Shown here: piece after piece, positions 11,401 through 22,397 of the stretch | Numbering within the stretch: the first letter of the stretch is position 1 | Layout of the letters: every line of letters begins with the position of its first letter | Source of the DNA: a bacterium | Lineage (GTDB): Bacteria > Zhuqueibacterota > Zhuqueibacteria > Residuimicrobiales > Krinioviventaceae | Direction: 5' to 3' | Assembly: GCA_963674595.2 (NCBI GenBank) | Contig: CAXXFV010000014.1 | Coordinates: 1 to 64,000, forward strand | DNA length: 64,000 bases | Notes under the pieces: model-generated | Told to the model about the DNA's origin: nothing | What the model saw: the letters and a program-made list of their open reading frames with translations, nothing else | Database searches by the model: none | Position numbers and translations under genes: made by a program

Positions 11401-12759
11401 TCACCTCTTTTGAAAATATTTATTCGTTTCAAAAACAACAATACTGCTTAATGCCAAAAGTCCGATTAAATTCGGTATAGCCATTAACCCATTCATAATA
11501 TCGGCAAAAGTCCACACTAAATCAACTTCACTAATCACAGCACCAACAAAAACCATAACACAAAAAACAAAACGATAAGGCTTAACAGAACGTTCACCGA
11601 TTAAATATTCAATGGATTTTTCACCATAGTAACTCCACCCTAAAAGGGTTGAATAGGCAAAAAACACAAGACTAATCGCAACGATAATTCCACCCCATTG
11701 CCCGGGCAGGGCCATACTAAAGGCTTTTGCCGTCAGTTCAGCGCCGTTTAATCCACTTTGCCAGGAACCGGTTACAAGAATAGCAAAACCCGTCAATGAA
11801 CAAACAACAATCGTATCGATAAATGTTTGAGTCATTGAAACAAGCGCCTGGCTGACAGGAGTTTTGGTTTGAGCGGCGGCTGCTGCGATAGGTGCGCTTC
11901 CCAGACCGGATTCGTTGGAAAAAACGCCCCTGGCAACGCCATAGCGTACCGCGTCTTTAATCAAAGCACCGGCAAATCCACCGGCTGCGGCTGTTGGTGA
12001 AAAGGCCTGTGTTATAACCAACATAAAAACATGGGGAATTGTTTCAAAATTTAAAATAACGACAAATAAAGCTGCCGACATATAAAAAACTATCATAATA
12101 GGAACAAGAACCGAGGTTGTCTTTCCGATGCTTTTAATACCGCCCAAAAGAACCAGGGCTGTTGCAGAGAACAACACCAGACCAACCATCCACGGCTTTA
12201 TAACGGGAAAATTGGCAGAAACAGCATCAGCCACAGAGTTGGACTGTACAATGTTGCCGATTCCAAAAGCAGATATGGATGCAAAAACAGCAAACAGCAC
12301 ACCCAGCCATTTCCAACCGAGTCCGTTGGCAATATAATACATGGGACCACCGCTCATCGTACCATCGGAATCGACCTTACGAAAACGGACAGCCAAAACA
12401 GCTTCGGAATATTTTGTTGCCATTCCAAAAAGTCCGGTGATCCACATCCAAAACAAGGCGCCCGGTCCACCGGCAGCAATGGCCGTAGCAACACCGGCAA
12501 TATTACCGGTCCCTACCGTTGCAGCCAGGGCCGTCATTAAAGCCTGAAAATGACTGATATCACCTTCTACATCACCGTCTTCTTTACGTTTAATCAACGC
12601 CAGGTACAAAGAATGCCCCAACGCTCGAAACTGCAAACCTTTTAACCTTATGGTATAAAACACACCGGTCCCAACCAATAATATCAACATGGGCGGGCCC
12701 CATACAAGATTGTTTACGCTTTTTAAGGCGTCTAAAATATGTGCCTGCAGTTGTTCCAT
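11401..12759 (-). CDS. Sodium:alanine/glycine symporter (AGCS family)
   Basis: [40 protein letters not shown]. Confidence 0.95.
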   Translation of the reverse strand: MEQLQAHILDALKSVNNLVWGPPMLILLVGTGVFYTIRLKGLQFRALGHSLYLALIKRKEDGDVEGDISHFQALMTALAATVGTGNIAGVATAIAAGGPGALFWMWITGLFGMATKYSEAVLAVRFRKVDSDGTMSGGPMYYIANGLGWKWLGVLFAVFASISAFGIGNIVQSNSVADAVSANFPVIKPWMVGLVLFSATALVLLGGIKSIGKTTSVLVPIMIVFYMSAALFVVILNFETIPHVFMLVITQAFSPTAAAGGFAGALIKDAVRYGVARGVFSNESGLGSAPIAAAAAQTKTPVSQALVSMTQTFIDTIVVCSLTGFAILVTGSWQSGLNGAELTAKAFSMALPGQWGGIIVAISLVFFAYSTLLGWSYYGEKSIEYLIGERSVKPYRFVFCVMVFVGAVISEVDLVWTFADIMNGLMAIPNLIGLLALSSIVVFETNKYFQKR

Positions 12760-12780
12760 TTAAATTATTCTTTCAAATTT

Positions 12781-14211
12781 TTAATAAGATTTGGCAACCA
12801 ACACACGTTGTTTTGATGTTGCGCCACAAACGATACACTTTCCGTCTTCCATCTTGTCTTTAAATGGAATCAGACGGATGGTCGCTTTTGATTTTTCCTG
12901 AAACTGCGCTTCGCACGCTTCCTGACCACACCAATGGACCCAGTAAAAACCACCCGGTTCTTCGATTTTTTTCTGAAAGGCGTCAAAATCATCTTCTTCG
13001 TACGTGTTTTCATCGCGAAATGCTTTAGCGCGGTTATACATATCTGTTTGTATTTGTTCCAAAAGAGTTTCAATTCGTTCCAGCAAACCGTCATGGGGGA
13101 CAAATGTTTTTTCGCCGGTGTCACGACGGACCATTACAACCTGATTTTTTTCCAGGTCCTTGGGACCGATCTCAATTCGCAGCGGCACACCTCTTTTTTC
13201 CCATTCGTTAAACTTGTATCCGGGACGGTATTGATCACGGTCATCGATCTTAAAATCAATTCGACCTTTCCACGTGGCGGTTAACTCGGCAACTTTATTT
13301 TTAAGCAATTCCATTTCTTCATCAGATCGCCAGATAGGAATTACAACAACTTTAATCGGGGCCAAGCGCGGCGGGACGACCAGTCCGTTGTCATCACTAT
13401 GCGTCATAATAAGCGCACCGATCAACCGTGTGGATACCCCCCAACTGGTGGCCCATACATGCTGCAATTCACTGTTTTCATCCTGAAAAGTAACATCAAA
13501 AGCTTTGGCAAAATTTTGACCAAGGTTATGAGACGTTCCGGCCTGCAGGGCTTTTTTATCCTGCATCATAGCTTCGATACAATAGGTGCGAACCGCGCCT
13601 GCAAATTTTTCACTTTCGGTTTTAATACCGGTAAATACAGGAGCAGCCAAATAGTCTTCGGCGAATTGCCGGTAAACATCCAGCATTTTCAATGTTTCTT
13701 CTTCAGCCTGTTCTGCGGTAGCATGGGCGGTATGACCTTCCTGCCATAAAAATTCCGTTGTGCGCAAAAACAACCGGGTGCGCATTTCCCAGCGTACCAC
13801 GTTTGCCCATTGATTAATCAGAATAGGTAAATCACGATAGGACTGGATCCATTTTTTATAGGTTGACCAAATAATGGTTTCAGAAGTCGGTCTTACAACA
13901 AGAGGTTCTTCAAGTTTTTTGCCGCCGCCATGTGTAACAACAGCCGTTTCCGGCGCAAATCCTTCAACATGTTCTGCTTCTTTTTTCAGAAAACTTTCCG
14001 GTATAAACAATGGAAAATATGCATTAACGTGCCCTGTTTCCTTGAACATTTTATCCAGTTGTGCCTGGATTTTTTCCCAAATAGCATAACCGTTGGGCTT
14101 TATAACCATACATCCCTTAACGGATGAATGCTCCGCCAATTGAGCTGTTTCAACGACGTCCAAATACCAACGTGAATAATCTTCTGATCTTTTCGTAATT
14201 CCTTTAGCCAT
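12781..14211 (-). CDS. proS: Proline--tRNA ligase (archaeal/eukaryotic type)
   Basis: [35 protein letters not shown]; C-terminal Zn domain ending AKSY. Confidence 0.97.
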   Translation of the reverse strand: MAKGITKRSEDYSRWYLDVVETAQLAEHSSVKGCMVIKPNGYAIWEKIQAQLDKMFKETGHVNAYFPLFIPESFLKKEAEHVEGFAPETAVVTHGGGKKLEEPLVVRPTSETIIWSTYKKWIQSYRDLPILINQWANVVRWEMRTRLFLRTTEFLWQEGHTAHATAEQAEEETLKMLDVYRQFAEDYLAAPVFTGIKTESEKFAGAVRTYCIEAMMQDKKALQAGTSHNLGQNFAKAFDVTFQDENSELQHVWATSWGVSTRLIGALIMTHSDDNGLVVPPRLAPIKVVVIPIWRSDEEMELLKNKVAELTATWKGRIDFKIDDRDQYRPGYKFNEWEKRGVPLRIEIGPKDLEKNQVVMVRRDTGEKTFVPHDGLLERIETLLEQIQTDMYNRAKAFRDENTYEEDDFDAFQKKIEEPGGFYWVHWCGQEACEAQFQEKSKATIRLIPFKDKMEDGKCIVCGATSKQRVLVAKSY

Positions 14212-14246
14212 ATAATTTTCCTATTCTTTTCCTTTTCCTTAATTTT

Positions 14247-15101
14247 TCAGGAACACATATTAATTCTATCCAAAGCAGAAATATAACAATTTTCCGGTGT
14301 TTCCATGCCTTTCAGGCAATACAGTTCTCTTTTTTTGTTTATATGATTATTTTGATTCATAACAACGTCCACCAAAGCACCATGCGGACAATGAATACAA
14401 TGTTCAGGTTGATTTGGAAATTGCGTAGCGTTCAACCGTGTTACCAGTGCTTCAGAGTTTGTCCATGTTTGTGCTTTGGAACGATATTCAAATTCCATAG
14501 CCCGAACTTTTTCCACAACAAGCCTGCCACGATGCATATAAAGGTAGCCTCGGGCTTCAAATTGATCTCCGGCACTTAATTTCAAACGATCTTGTTGATG
14601 AGGAGAAATCATTACATAAAACCGGTCTTCAAATGTTTCGTAACCAATAAATCCGTTTTTAACGATCAACAAATACCCGTTTAAACGTAACTGTCCTTTC
14701 TTTCCGAAAACCTTTTTTTCAAAACCAGGTTTCACAGAATCGACGGTTCCACCAAAAACGACTTCTCTTTGCCGTTTTTCCTCAAACCAATCGTCAAAAT
14801 CTTCCAATTCCTGTAAAAAATGCTCATATTCCATCTCAGAAACAAGGAGCTCAGGCTGGTATTGGATTTTTTCATCATGATAATAAGTGCATCCTTCGCA
14901 GAGCCGCCCGACGTATTTAAGCTTTCGTATACAACGTTTGCCTTTGTTCTTTAAGCGGCAATCCCATTTGAATATAATACAACCCTGGGGATAGCACTCT
15001 TTTTCCTTTAAAACATGATAAGCAGAAACACGATTGGAAAATTTCTGGTGTCCTTCAAATCGACATTGAAAAACATCGGTTCTTTTATAAGGATTTCTCA
15101 T
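14247..15101 (-). CDS. Hypothetical Cys-rich protein
   Basis: Long ORF with Cys clusters at both ends; first gene of the proS-directed run. Confidence 0.75.
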   Translation of the reverse strand: MRNPYKRTDVFQCRFEGHQKFSNRVSAYHVLKEKECYPQGCIIFKWDCRLKNKGKRCIRKLKYVGRLCEGCTYYHDEKIQYQPELLVSEMEYEHFLQELEDFDDWFEEKRQREVVFGGTVDSVKPGFEKKVFGKKGQLRLNGYLLIVKNGFIGYETFEDRFYVMISPHQQDRLKLSAGDQFEARGYLYMHRGRLVVEKVRAMEFEYRSKAQTWTNSEALVTRLNATQFPNQPEHCIHCPHGALVDVVMNQNNHINKKRELYCLKGMETPENCYISALDRINMCS

Positions 15102-15128
15102 ATAGATACAATTATTAAAATAAACATA

Positions 15129-15157
15129 AATATAACCACATTGAAGTATACAATCAA
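15129..15157 (-). promoter_or_regulatory. Putative sigma70 promoter of the Cys-rich/proS run
   Basis: TTGATT-17 nt-TATATT about 28 nt upstream of the ATG. Confidence 0.5.
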
Positions 15158-15252
15158 GCAGTTTCTTGTTATATAAAAATAACAACTTAGTTCTGTTTGG
15201 AAATTTCTGGATTTTTTTCTACCTTTCTCTAACTAAAATTTCGGAAATTGCA

Positions 15253-16839
15253 ATGACTGGAATAGACCTTTTTATCCTGATAGTCTTTCTATCTATCTCC
15301 ATACTGTTTGGAATTTTTGCAGGTCGGCACACTAAATCAGAAAAAGATTTTTTTTGCGGTGGACGGCAATTACCCTGGGGAGCTGTTAGTCTTTCCATTG
15401 TGGCAACTGAAACCAGTACATTGACTTTTATAAGTATACCGGGGATCGCCTATGTCGGCAATCTAAACTTTTTACAATTGGCCTTTGGCTATGTCATCGG
15501 ACGTATTATTGTATCCTTTTTTCTGCTGCCGGCATATTTTGAAGGAAATTTTATAACAGTTTATGAATTTTTAAATAAAAGATTTGGTATACTATCACAG
15601 CGATTTGTGGCAATTGTTTTTCAATTAACCCGGTTACTGGCCGATGGTGTTCGTTTATTTGCCACGGCTATTCCCCTTTCATTAATAACCGGCTGGAGTT
15701 ACACGACCAGCATTAGTATAATAGCAGTTTGCACCATCATTTATACCTATAGCGGAGGTATCCGTGCCGTCGTTTGGATGGATGTTTTTCAGGGAATGGT
15801 ATATTTTTCAGGAGCAATAATTACCATTTTTATTATTATAAACAAACTGGGAACAGGATCATCAGCCTCTTTATCAAGTCTAGTACCTGCTGAAAAATGG
15901 CAGATATTTTACAGCGGTTTTGATAAATCCATACCCGATTTTTTTAAACTCAACTATACGTTTTTAACCAGCATCATCGGCGGTGCGTTTTTATCACTGG
16001 CTTCACACGGAACAGACCAGCTTATTGTTCAACGGTTACTGTCCTGCAAAACACTCAAAGACAGCCAAAAAGCCCTGATCACCAGCGGATTTTTGGTAGT
16101 GCTTCAATTTGCTTTATTTTTGTTTCTGGGACTTTTGTTATATGCCTTTTATCAGGGCGCAGAAATAAAGCCGGATACAATTTTTCCGATATTTATAATT
16201 AATGAATTACCGGCTGGTTTATCCGGAATTATCATTGCCGCGATATTTGCAGCGGCAATGTCAACACTGAGCAGTTCTTTAAATTCATTGGCCTCCTCTA
16301 CAGTATTTGATATTTTAAATTTTTCAAAACGAAATTTATCCGCATCAAACAAGATAATGTGGTCCCGCCTTATAACATTGATTTGGGGCGTTATCTTTAT
16401 AGGGGCAGCGCTGATATTTAAAGGCAAGAACAATCCGGTTGTGGAACTTGGCTTAACCATCGCTTCTTTTACCTACGGTGGAATGCTGGGAATATTTTTG
16501 CTGGGAAGGATTAATAAAAACATCCGGGAGATAAATGCATTATCTTCACTCTGGTGTACGTTAATATTTATGACATGGTTAATAGGACTGGGTGGGTTTG
16601 GTCAGTGGTTAATGGTTGTTATACTTTTTGGGGTAGGAATTTGGTTGTTTTACAAATCAGAAAACATTCATTGTAAAATATTTTTGTTATTATGGGGTTT
16701 ATTTCTTTTCACCTTGTTCATAAAGGTTCCGACACCCGATGTTGCCTGGCCTTTGTTTGTGCCGATTGGAACCTTTATTACACTATTATGTGGAAAGATA
16801 TTAACATTGATTGGGGAAACCAGTCATCAATCCTCATAA
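15253..16839 (+). CDS. Sodium:solute symporter (SSS family)
   Basis: SIVATETS, GGIRAVVWMD, GTDQLIVQR, AAAMSTLSS. Confidence 0.92.
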   Translation: MTGIDLFILIVFLSISILFGIFAGRHTKSEKDFFCGGRQLPWGAVSLSIVATETSTLTFISIPGIAYVGNLNFLQLAFGYVIGRIIVSFFLLPAYFEGNFITVYEFLNKRFGILSQRFVAIVFQLTRLLADGVRLFATAIPLSLITGWSYTTSISIIAVCTIIYTYSGGIRAVVWMDVFQGMVYFSGAIITIFIIINKLGTGSSASLSSLVPAEKWQIFYSGFDKSIPDFFKLNYTFLTSIIGGAFLSLASHGTDQLIVQRLLSCKTLKDSQKALITSGFLVVLQFALFLFLGLLLYAFYQGAEIKPDTIFPIFIINELPAGLSGIIIAAIFAAAMSTLSSSLNSLASSTVFDILNFSKRNLSASNKIMWSRLITLIWGVIFIGAALIFKGKNNPVVELGLTIASFTYGGMLGIFLLGRINKNIREINALSSLWCTLIFMTWLIGLGGFGQWLMVVILFGVGIWLFYKSENIHCKIFLLLWGLFLFTLFIKVPTPDVAWPLFVPIGTFITLLCGKILTLIGETSHQSS

Positions 16840-17315
16840 AAATTTAAAACTTTGGCAATGTCGACAGGGGTACGTGTCGGCACATCCCGTCCTTCAAGTT
16901 CAATTCCTTTTTCGTAAAGAATTCGGAATTGGTCGATATCATCCTGATCAACAAAAATAAATAACGATATTTGATTTTTGCCGGGTCGAAAATGCATTCC
17001 GCCGACATTGACCTGATTGATGCCAACCCCGTTTTCAACCAACTGAACAATTGTTTTAGGAGTATCGACAAGAAGCAATATCCGTTCCTGACCGAACTTT
17101 TTTTGCAATAAAGCCTCAACAGTATCTTCCAGCGTTAAAACAGAAGCCTGGATTTCTTCCGGAACCGCTGACAGATATATAGTCCGCTGCCAGTCAGAGT
17201 TGGCAACTTCATCACTGCATAACAATATACGTTCCGGTTTAAGCACGCTTCTCCACCCGACAACTACCTGGCCATGAATTAAACGATCATCAATTCGGAC
17301 CTGAACCAAAGGCAT
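16827..17315 (-). CDS. PTS mannose/sorbose-family IIB component
   Basis: RIDDRLIHGQV phospho-His motif, VNVGGM. Confidence 0.93.
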   Translation of the reverse strand: MPLVQVRIDDRLIHGQVVVGWRSVLKPERILLCSDEVANSDWQRTIYLSAVPEEIQASVLTLEDTVEALLQKKFGQERILLLVDTPKTIVQLVENGVGINQVNVGGMHFRPGKNQISLFIFVDQDDIDQFRILYEKGIELEGRDVPTRTPVDIAKVLNFYED

Positions 17316-17342
17316 ATTAGTATTTCTCCATAAATTTAATAA

Positions 17343-17735
17343 TTATTTTTTCATGAATTGTGTTACACCGGCTTTAGCTTCTGTTTCTAAAATATCTACC
17401 AATTCATCAATGGAATAATCTTCCCTCTTGGTAACAAAAGAAAGAACCATTGGCAAATTCAATCCTGACAACACACGGACACAAGGATAGTCTTTTGCAA
17501 TTGCAGCAGCAACGTTCCAGCAACTGCCTCCCTTTAAACTTGCCATAATAATAAGACCATCTGATTCACAATCCGGTGCATCGACAATAGATAAAAGTCG
17601 TTGAGTTATTTCCGTAACAGACATATTTGTAACAGTTAGGGCAAATAAATTATCAACCATTCCGATAATATTATCAACGGCTTCAATCATTGCATCACCA
17701 ATCGGTCCATGAGTTATTAGAATGGCTTTTTTCAT
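17343..17735 (-). CDS. PTS mannose-family IIA component
   Basis: LITHG phospho-His motif, GGS, GLNLPM. Confidence 0.9.
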   Translation of the reverse strand: MKKAILITHGPIGDAMIEAVDNIIGMVDNLFALTVTNMSVTEITQRLLSIVDAPDCESDGLIIMASLKGGSCWNVAAAIAKDYPCVRVLSGLNLPMVLSFVTKREDYSIDELVDILETEAKAGVTQFMKK

Positions 17736-17752
17736 AAAAAACTCCGTTTTGT

Positions 17753-18739
17753 TCAGGTTTTTGGGTTGTTCATTTTGTTTTGCATGCTGGCAATAAGTTG
17801 ATCATTAAACTCTTTTGCCGGATTCTCCCCCTGCTGTTTCAGCTTGTGGTTCATGGCAATGACTTCAGCAATAACGGTTATGTTTTTTCCTCCAAATATG
17901 GGCAATTCAACCAACGGAACATTAACTCCCAGAATATTTGTTGTTTTATCGTCAACACCGATTCGTTCATACTCTCTTTGATCGTCCCACAGCTCCAGAT
18001 TTACAACAACATCAATTTTCTTTTTGCCCCGAACTCCTCTTACTCCAAACATTCGGCGAACGTCAATAATTCCAACTCCCCGAATTTCCATATGATAGGA
18101 AAGAATGTTATTAGAAGCACCTTCTAATTCATTCGTACCAATTTTTGTTATACACACAGCATCGTCTGCCACCATTTGATGGCCACGTTCAATCAAATCA
18201 AGCGTTAATTCACTTTTTCCGATAGCACTTGGCCCGGTAATTAACATGCCGACACTGTAAATATCAACCAATGAACCGTGGACAATTGTATAGGGGGCAA
18301 ATATGGTGTCAAGATATTCACTCAAATGCTGAACAGCACTTGTTGTACTCATTGGAGTAGATAGAATGGTAATGGCATTTTTGTTGGCAATATCAATCAA
18401 CTCCTGGGTCGGTAGATTATCGTTCGTAATAATCATGCAGGGTAAATCAAATCCCAATACAATAGATATGGCGTTAATTCGGTCTTGTCCGTGCAGCGTA
18501 TTTAAAAAGCCTATTTCCGTATTTCCCAATATCTGCACACGCCAATAGGTAAATACTTCAATAAATCCACTCAAAGCCAATCCCGGACGATGAATTTCTT
18601 TTTCTTTAATTTTTCTGCCAAAACTAATATCACTGTTGACAATTTTTAATTCGAGTCTTTCGAGATTATCTTCATATAATTGTTTAACAGTAATAAACGG
18701 TCTGACTTTGGGATTATTGGCCTGGTTTAACTCCATCAA
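17753..18739 (-). CDS. hprK: HPr kinase/phosphorylase
   Basis: HRPGLAL, GPSAIGKSE P-loop, VADD, MEIRGVGII; AGGAG RBS before TTG-ATG. Confidence 0.95.
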   Translation of the reverse strand: MMELNQANNPKVRPFITVKQLYEDNLERLELKIVNSDISFGRKIKEKEIHRPGLALSGFIEVFTYWRVQILGNTEIGFLNTLHGQDRINAISIVLGFDLPCMIITNDNLPTQELIDIANKNAITILSTPMSTTSAVQHLSEYLDTIFAPYTIVHGSLVDIYSVGMLITGPSAIGKSELTLDLIERGHQMVADDAVCITKIGTNELEGASNNILSYHMEIRGVGIIDVRRMFGVRGVRGKKKIDVVVNLELWDDQREYERIGVDDKTTNILGVNVPLVELPIFGGKNITVIAEVIAMNHKLKQQGENPAKEFNDQLIASMQNKMNNPKT

Positions 18740-18785
18740 CCATATCTCCTTTGAGTTAAGCGGGGAAAATTTGAACGCCCATAAC

Positions 18786-18813
18786 AAAAAAGGGGCTCAA
18801 AATTTGAGCCCCT
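18786..18813 (-). terminator. Rho-independent terminator after hpf
   Basis: GAGGGGCTCAAA-TTTTGAGCCCC-TTTTTT on the minus strand. Confidence 0.8.
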
Positions 18814-18852
18814 CAATATCGTTAAAATTGAAAATTAATTCAAGGTATATTT

Positions 18853-19170
18853 TTATTCAATATTTTCAACAATACGCTCTTTTTCAAAATGACGACTTTT
18901 TTCTTTATGTTTAATTATCTTTCTTTCCAATTTGTCCACAGCCAGGACAATCGATTTATACATATCTTCACTTTTTTCAACAACAGCAAATTTTGTCCCA
19001 AATACTTTGGTAACTATTTCAGCAACCTGCTGTTGTTTTACATAATCCAAAATTATTTCAACTTCAAAAATCCCATCATAATATTTTTCAAGTCTTTGCA
19101 CCTCATTTTCTGCATGATCACGAAGCCTGTCAGATGTTTTAAAATGTCTTGCCGTGAATGTTACTCTCAT
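18853..19170 (-). CDS. hpf: Ribosome hibernation promoting factor (HPF/RaiA)
   Basis: TARHF start, SEDMYKSIVLAVDKLERKI; AGGAGG RBS. Confidence 0.92.
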   Translation of the reverse strand: MRVTFTARHFKTSDRLRDHAENEVQRLEKYYDGIFEVEIILDYVKQQQVAEIVTKVFGTKFAVVEKSEDMYKSIVLAVDKLERKIIKHKEKSRHFEKERIVENIE

Positions 19171-19243
19171 CGGAACCTCCTTTTAATACAAAGTAGGTTA
19201 ATGGTTCAAGTTAATTAAATATAATATAAAAGTAAAAAATTCA

Positions 19244-20191
19244 TCATCCTCTTTTGTCCGATGCTTTATCATCAGCACGAGGATGCGCCTGTTTATAGAC
19301 ACGTTTTAAATGTTCTGCAGATACATGTGTATAAATTTGTGTTGTAGTTAAATTCGAATGCCCCAACAGCTCTTTTACAGACATCAAATCTGCGCCTTCG
19401 TCCAACAAATGAGTAGCAAACGTATGTCTTAGCGTATGAGGATGGGCTTTTTCTTTTCCGGCAATCTTTTCTATATATTGTTTAACTAAAACGGCTATCT
19501 GCTGTCGTGTAAACGGCCTGTTATCTTTTTTAACAAATAAAAAATCGTCTTGTTCCGTTTTTTTTCGTTCAGCAATTTGTTTGGCAATAATATACTTTTT
19601 TAAATCATTTAGTACTCTAGTCCCGACAGGCACAATACGCTGCTTATTCCCCTTTCCCAAAATGCGTAACGTTCCTGCCTCAAAATTAATATTTTTGAGA
19701 CGTATACCGGACAATTCCGAAACACGAATCCCGGTTGCATAGAATAACTCTAGTATAATCAAATCGCGTAAACCTTCATATTTTTCTATATCAGGAAGCA
19801 GCAAAATATGTTCCACTTGTTCCTTGGCTAAAAAGTGTGGTAATTTACGCTCCAGCCTGGGACTGGCTATATTTAATACAGGATTATTATCAATAACCTG
19901 CTCACGTAATAAAAAACGGGAAAAGGAACGCAGGCTTGCCAATTTCCGTGCAATACTTTTGGAGGATACTTTATTCTTAACCAAAAGCGCCAGCCAGCCT
20001 CTGACGGTTGGTTTGTTGAAAAGATCAAATCCCGGTGATTCCAGTTTAAAACGTTCGGCAAGATAATCAGCAAACTGCATCAGGTCATTCTCATAGGCAG
20101 CAACAGTGTGAGTTGAACTTTTTTTAATCACCTGCAAATATCGTATAAACCTGGGGATCCAGGAATGAATATTATTTTCCGATCTATCCAT
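19244..20191 (-). CDS. xerC: Tyrosine recombinase XerC
   Basis: ARKLASLRSF, TGIRVSEL, GKGNKQR, HPHTLRHTFATHLL, LGH, TTQIYTH; position between topA-like gene and hpf. Confidence 0.92.
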   Translation of the reverse strand: MDRSENNIHSWIPRFIRYLQVIKKSSTHTVAAYENDLMQFADYLAERFKLESPGFDLFNKPTVRGWLALLVKNKVSSKSIARKLASLRSFSRFLLREQVIDNNPVLNIASPRLERKLPHFLAKEQVEHILLLPDIEKYEGLRDLIILELFYATGIRVSELSGIRLKNINFEAGTLRILGKGNKQRIVPVGTRVLNDLKKYIIAKQIAERKKTEQDDFLFVKKDNRPFTRQQIAVLVKQYIEKIAGKEKAHPHTLRHTFATHLLDEGADLMSVKELLGHSNLTTTQIYTHVSAEHLKRVYKQAHPRADDKASDKRG

Positions 20192-20198
20192 ATTCTCC

Positions 20199-22388
20199 TT
20201 AAAAGTGATGTTTATACTTGAGCGCCTGCAAATTCTCATCAAATTTAATATGACATTTATCACACAAAAATCCGTCGCGCATATCAGGCAAGGTAATTCG
20301 CAATAAATAAGAATTATCACATTTTGGGCAGGTAATATTTACAGGCCTTTTCCAAACAGAAAAATCACATTGCGGATAGGCGCTGCACCCGTAAAAAACC
20401 TTACCCTTTTTGGAAATTCTTTCTATAACCTGTCCGGAACAGTTGTCTCTCGGGCATTTCATTCCAATACTCAACGGCATTGAAAAACGGCAGGAGGGAT
20501 ACCCGGAACAGGCCCAAAATCGACCATACGGTCCTTTACGTACAATCATCGGCCTGTTACACTTGGGGCATGTTTGTTCCTGTTCCTTGAAATTATCTTC
20601 GGCTGAAAGGGTAAAAGAACAGGAAGCAGGATAATTTTCACAAGCCCAATATTGACCGTTAGGACCGCTCTTTAACACCATCTTACCCTGGCATAAAACA
20701 CAAATACGTGGTCTGCCTGCGGCATCGCCAAAGGTCTCCGGGCTATCCCAAAATTCTAAAAACCTGGTCCATACATTTGAAAAGCGTTTTTCAGTTGTGC
20801 ATTTTTCAAACAACTCTTCAAACTCGACAAACTTTTCAAAATTGAAAAAACGGGGAAAATTTTTCTGTAAATGATTATATGTTTTTCGTGCCAAATCCGT
20901 AGGTAATACTTTATTATCAATAAACTCGAAAAAATCTGTTTGATGACACATAACTGAAACAGAATAAGGATCCAACATGGAATTTAACGGACTTGCAGCG
21001 AGTTCGCCAAAAAGTTTTTCACAGGAATAATAAGAATCCTTGTCAACTTGTTCACTATGGGTATCGATGTTACTAATTTTAAAAACCTGGCCTTCTCTCA
21101 CGGTTTCCGGTATTGCGGCATTTTTCCTTTTCTTTTTTATTAGAGTATCGTAAACCTGGCAGAATCCTCTAAATAATTCCTTTTCTTCAAATGCTGAAAA
21201 AGTATATTTTTCGTCTTCACTTTGTAATTCTATTTCAATTTGTTCCTTAACAGCATCCTTCATTTGTGAAGCGATTGTGCGGTTCCAGATGAGTGTATAG
21301 ATACAATGCTGTTCCGGTGTTAAATGTTTACGTAATTTCTTTGGTGTAAGTTTGATATTGGCAGGATAAATAAACAACTGTAAACTTTTTTCACCATATT
21401 CTCTTTTTTGTTTTGGCAGATAGTCATTACCATAATCCTGAAAAATCAATTCCCGAATTTTCACGGCAATATCTTCAGAATCAAAAGTACCTGACACAAT
21501 GTTCAAAAGACTCTGTTTGCGCCCGGAAATGTCCACTCCGTCAAGTTCATGAACAAGGCATATAATTCTTGCCGGAGAAAACTTGTAAAGACGGCAGGCG
21601 TCAGAAACAAGTGATACCATCGTATAGGGAGGAAACGGGTGTGTGATCAGTTTTTTATTTTTAATTTTTGCTACTTTAAATTCCTGTTGTTTTAGGTCAA
21701 TTACCACCGCTTTTATATAATTAACATCAAAAATATTGGGCTTTCTTCCCTTTATTTTTGATAATCCCGCAAAAATTTTAGTTTTTTGTTGTGTTTTCAA
21801 ATCCCCGGTTAACTGCCATTTTTTACTATTCTTAACGGAATTGTTTTGTTCAAATTCACACAACTTGTACAAAACATGACTACATAATCTGTTCCACGAA
21901 TAATTCTTTGTAATATTATCTTTTAAAACTTTATTAAATGTTTCGGACAAATAATAATCAACAGCTCCGCTTATTATCGCCGCATTAAAAGGTTTTATCT
22001 TTATGGCTCTTTCAACGGATTGGGAAAATCCTTCACGAGTTACGGCATTCAAATATAACCGCTTTATTCTGCTGGATGGGCAGTTCTGTTCAATCAACTG
22101 ATGATATAAAGATAAAGTCAACAGTTCGCCCTGAAATGTATGCGGAAACGCAAGATAGATTTGTTTGTATAATTTTGGGACCAGATCGGGGTATGTATCT
22201 GATAAATTAAAACTAACTTTCAGCTTTGGCAGAAAATGATCAGACGACCGAACAAAATCATAGTTCTCCCCCAAATTATGACAAGAGATAACAGTGTACA
22301 ATTCGCCAAAAAAAGTTTCGAGATTCATTTTCTCAGCATCATTGTTAATGAAAATAAGAATTTGTCTTTTTTGCAATAGGCGACCCAA
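20199..22388 (-). CDS. Highly diverged DNA topoisomerase IA (TopA) homologue with four C-terminal Zn ribbons; catalytic motifs absent
   Basis: PFPPYT, DYGNDYLP, YTLIWNRTIASQM, FRGF, LPTDL and GPYGRFWACSGYPSC are colinear with TopA; smg-topA-xerC synteny. Confidence 0.8.
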   Translation of the reverse strand: MGRLLQKRQILIFINNDAEKMNLETFFGELYTVISCHNLGENYDFVRSSDHFLPKLKVSFNLSDTYPDLVPKLYKQIYLAFPHTFQGELLTLSLYHQLIEQNCPSSRIKRLYLNAVTREGFSQSVERAIKIKPFNAAIISGAVDYYLSETFNKVLKDNITKNYSWNRLCSHVLYKLCEFEQNNSVKNSKKWQLTGDLKTQQKTKIFAGLSKIKGRKPNIFDVNYIKAVVIDLKQQEFKVAKIKNKKLITHPFPPYTMVSLVSDACRLYKFSPARIICLVHELDGVDISGRKQSLLNIVSGTFDSEDIAVKIRELIFQDYGNDYLPKQKREYGEKSLQLFIYPANIKLTPKKLRKHLTPEQHCIYTLIWNRTIASQMKDAVKEQIEIELQSEDEKYTFSAFEEKELFRGFCQVYDTLIKKKRKNAAIPETVREGQVFKISNIDTHSEQVDKDSYYSCEKLFGELAASPLNSMLDPYSVSVMCHQTDFFEFIDNKVLPTDLARKTYNHLQKNFPRFFNFEKFVEFEELFEKCTTEKRFSNVWTRFLEFWDSPETFGDAAGRPRICVLCQGKMVLKSGPNGQYWACENYPASCSFTLSAEDNFKEQEQTCPKCNRPMIVRKGPYGRFWACSGYPSCRFSMPLSIGMKCPRDNCSGQVIERISKKGKVFYGCSAYPQCDFSVWKRPVNITCPKCDNSYLLRITLPDMRDGFLCDKCHIKFDENLQALKYKHHF

Positions 22389-22397
22389 ACGAAAAAA

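Noticed and set aside
12781-14211. Archaeal/eukaryotic-type ProRS as a recent HGT
   Set aside because: This type is common in FCB-group bacteria.
19244-20191. Tyrosine recombinase as a mobile-element integrase
   Set aside because: Sequence and topA-xerC-hpf context indicate chromosomal XerC; no att sites, tRNA or cargo genes nearby.
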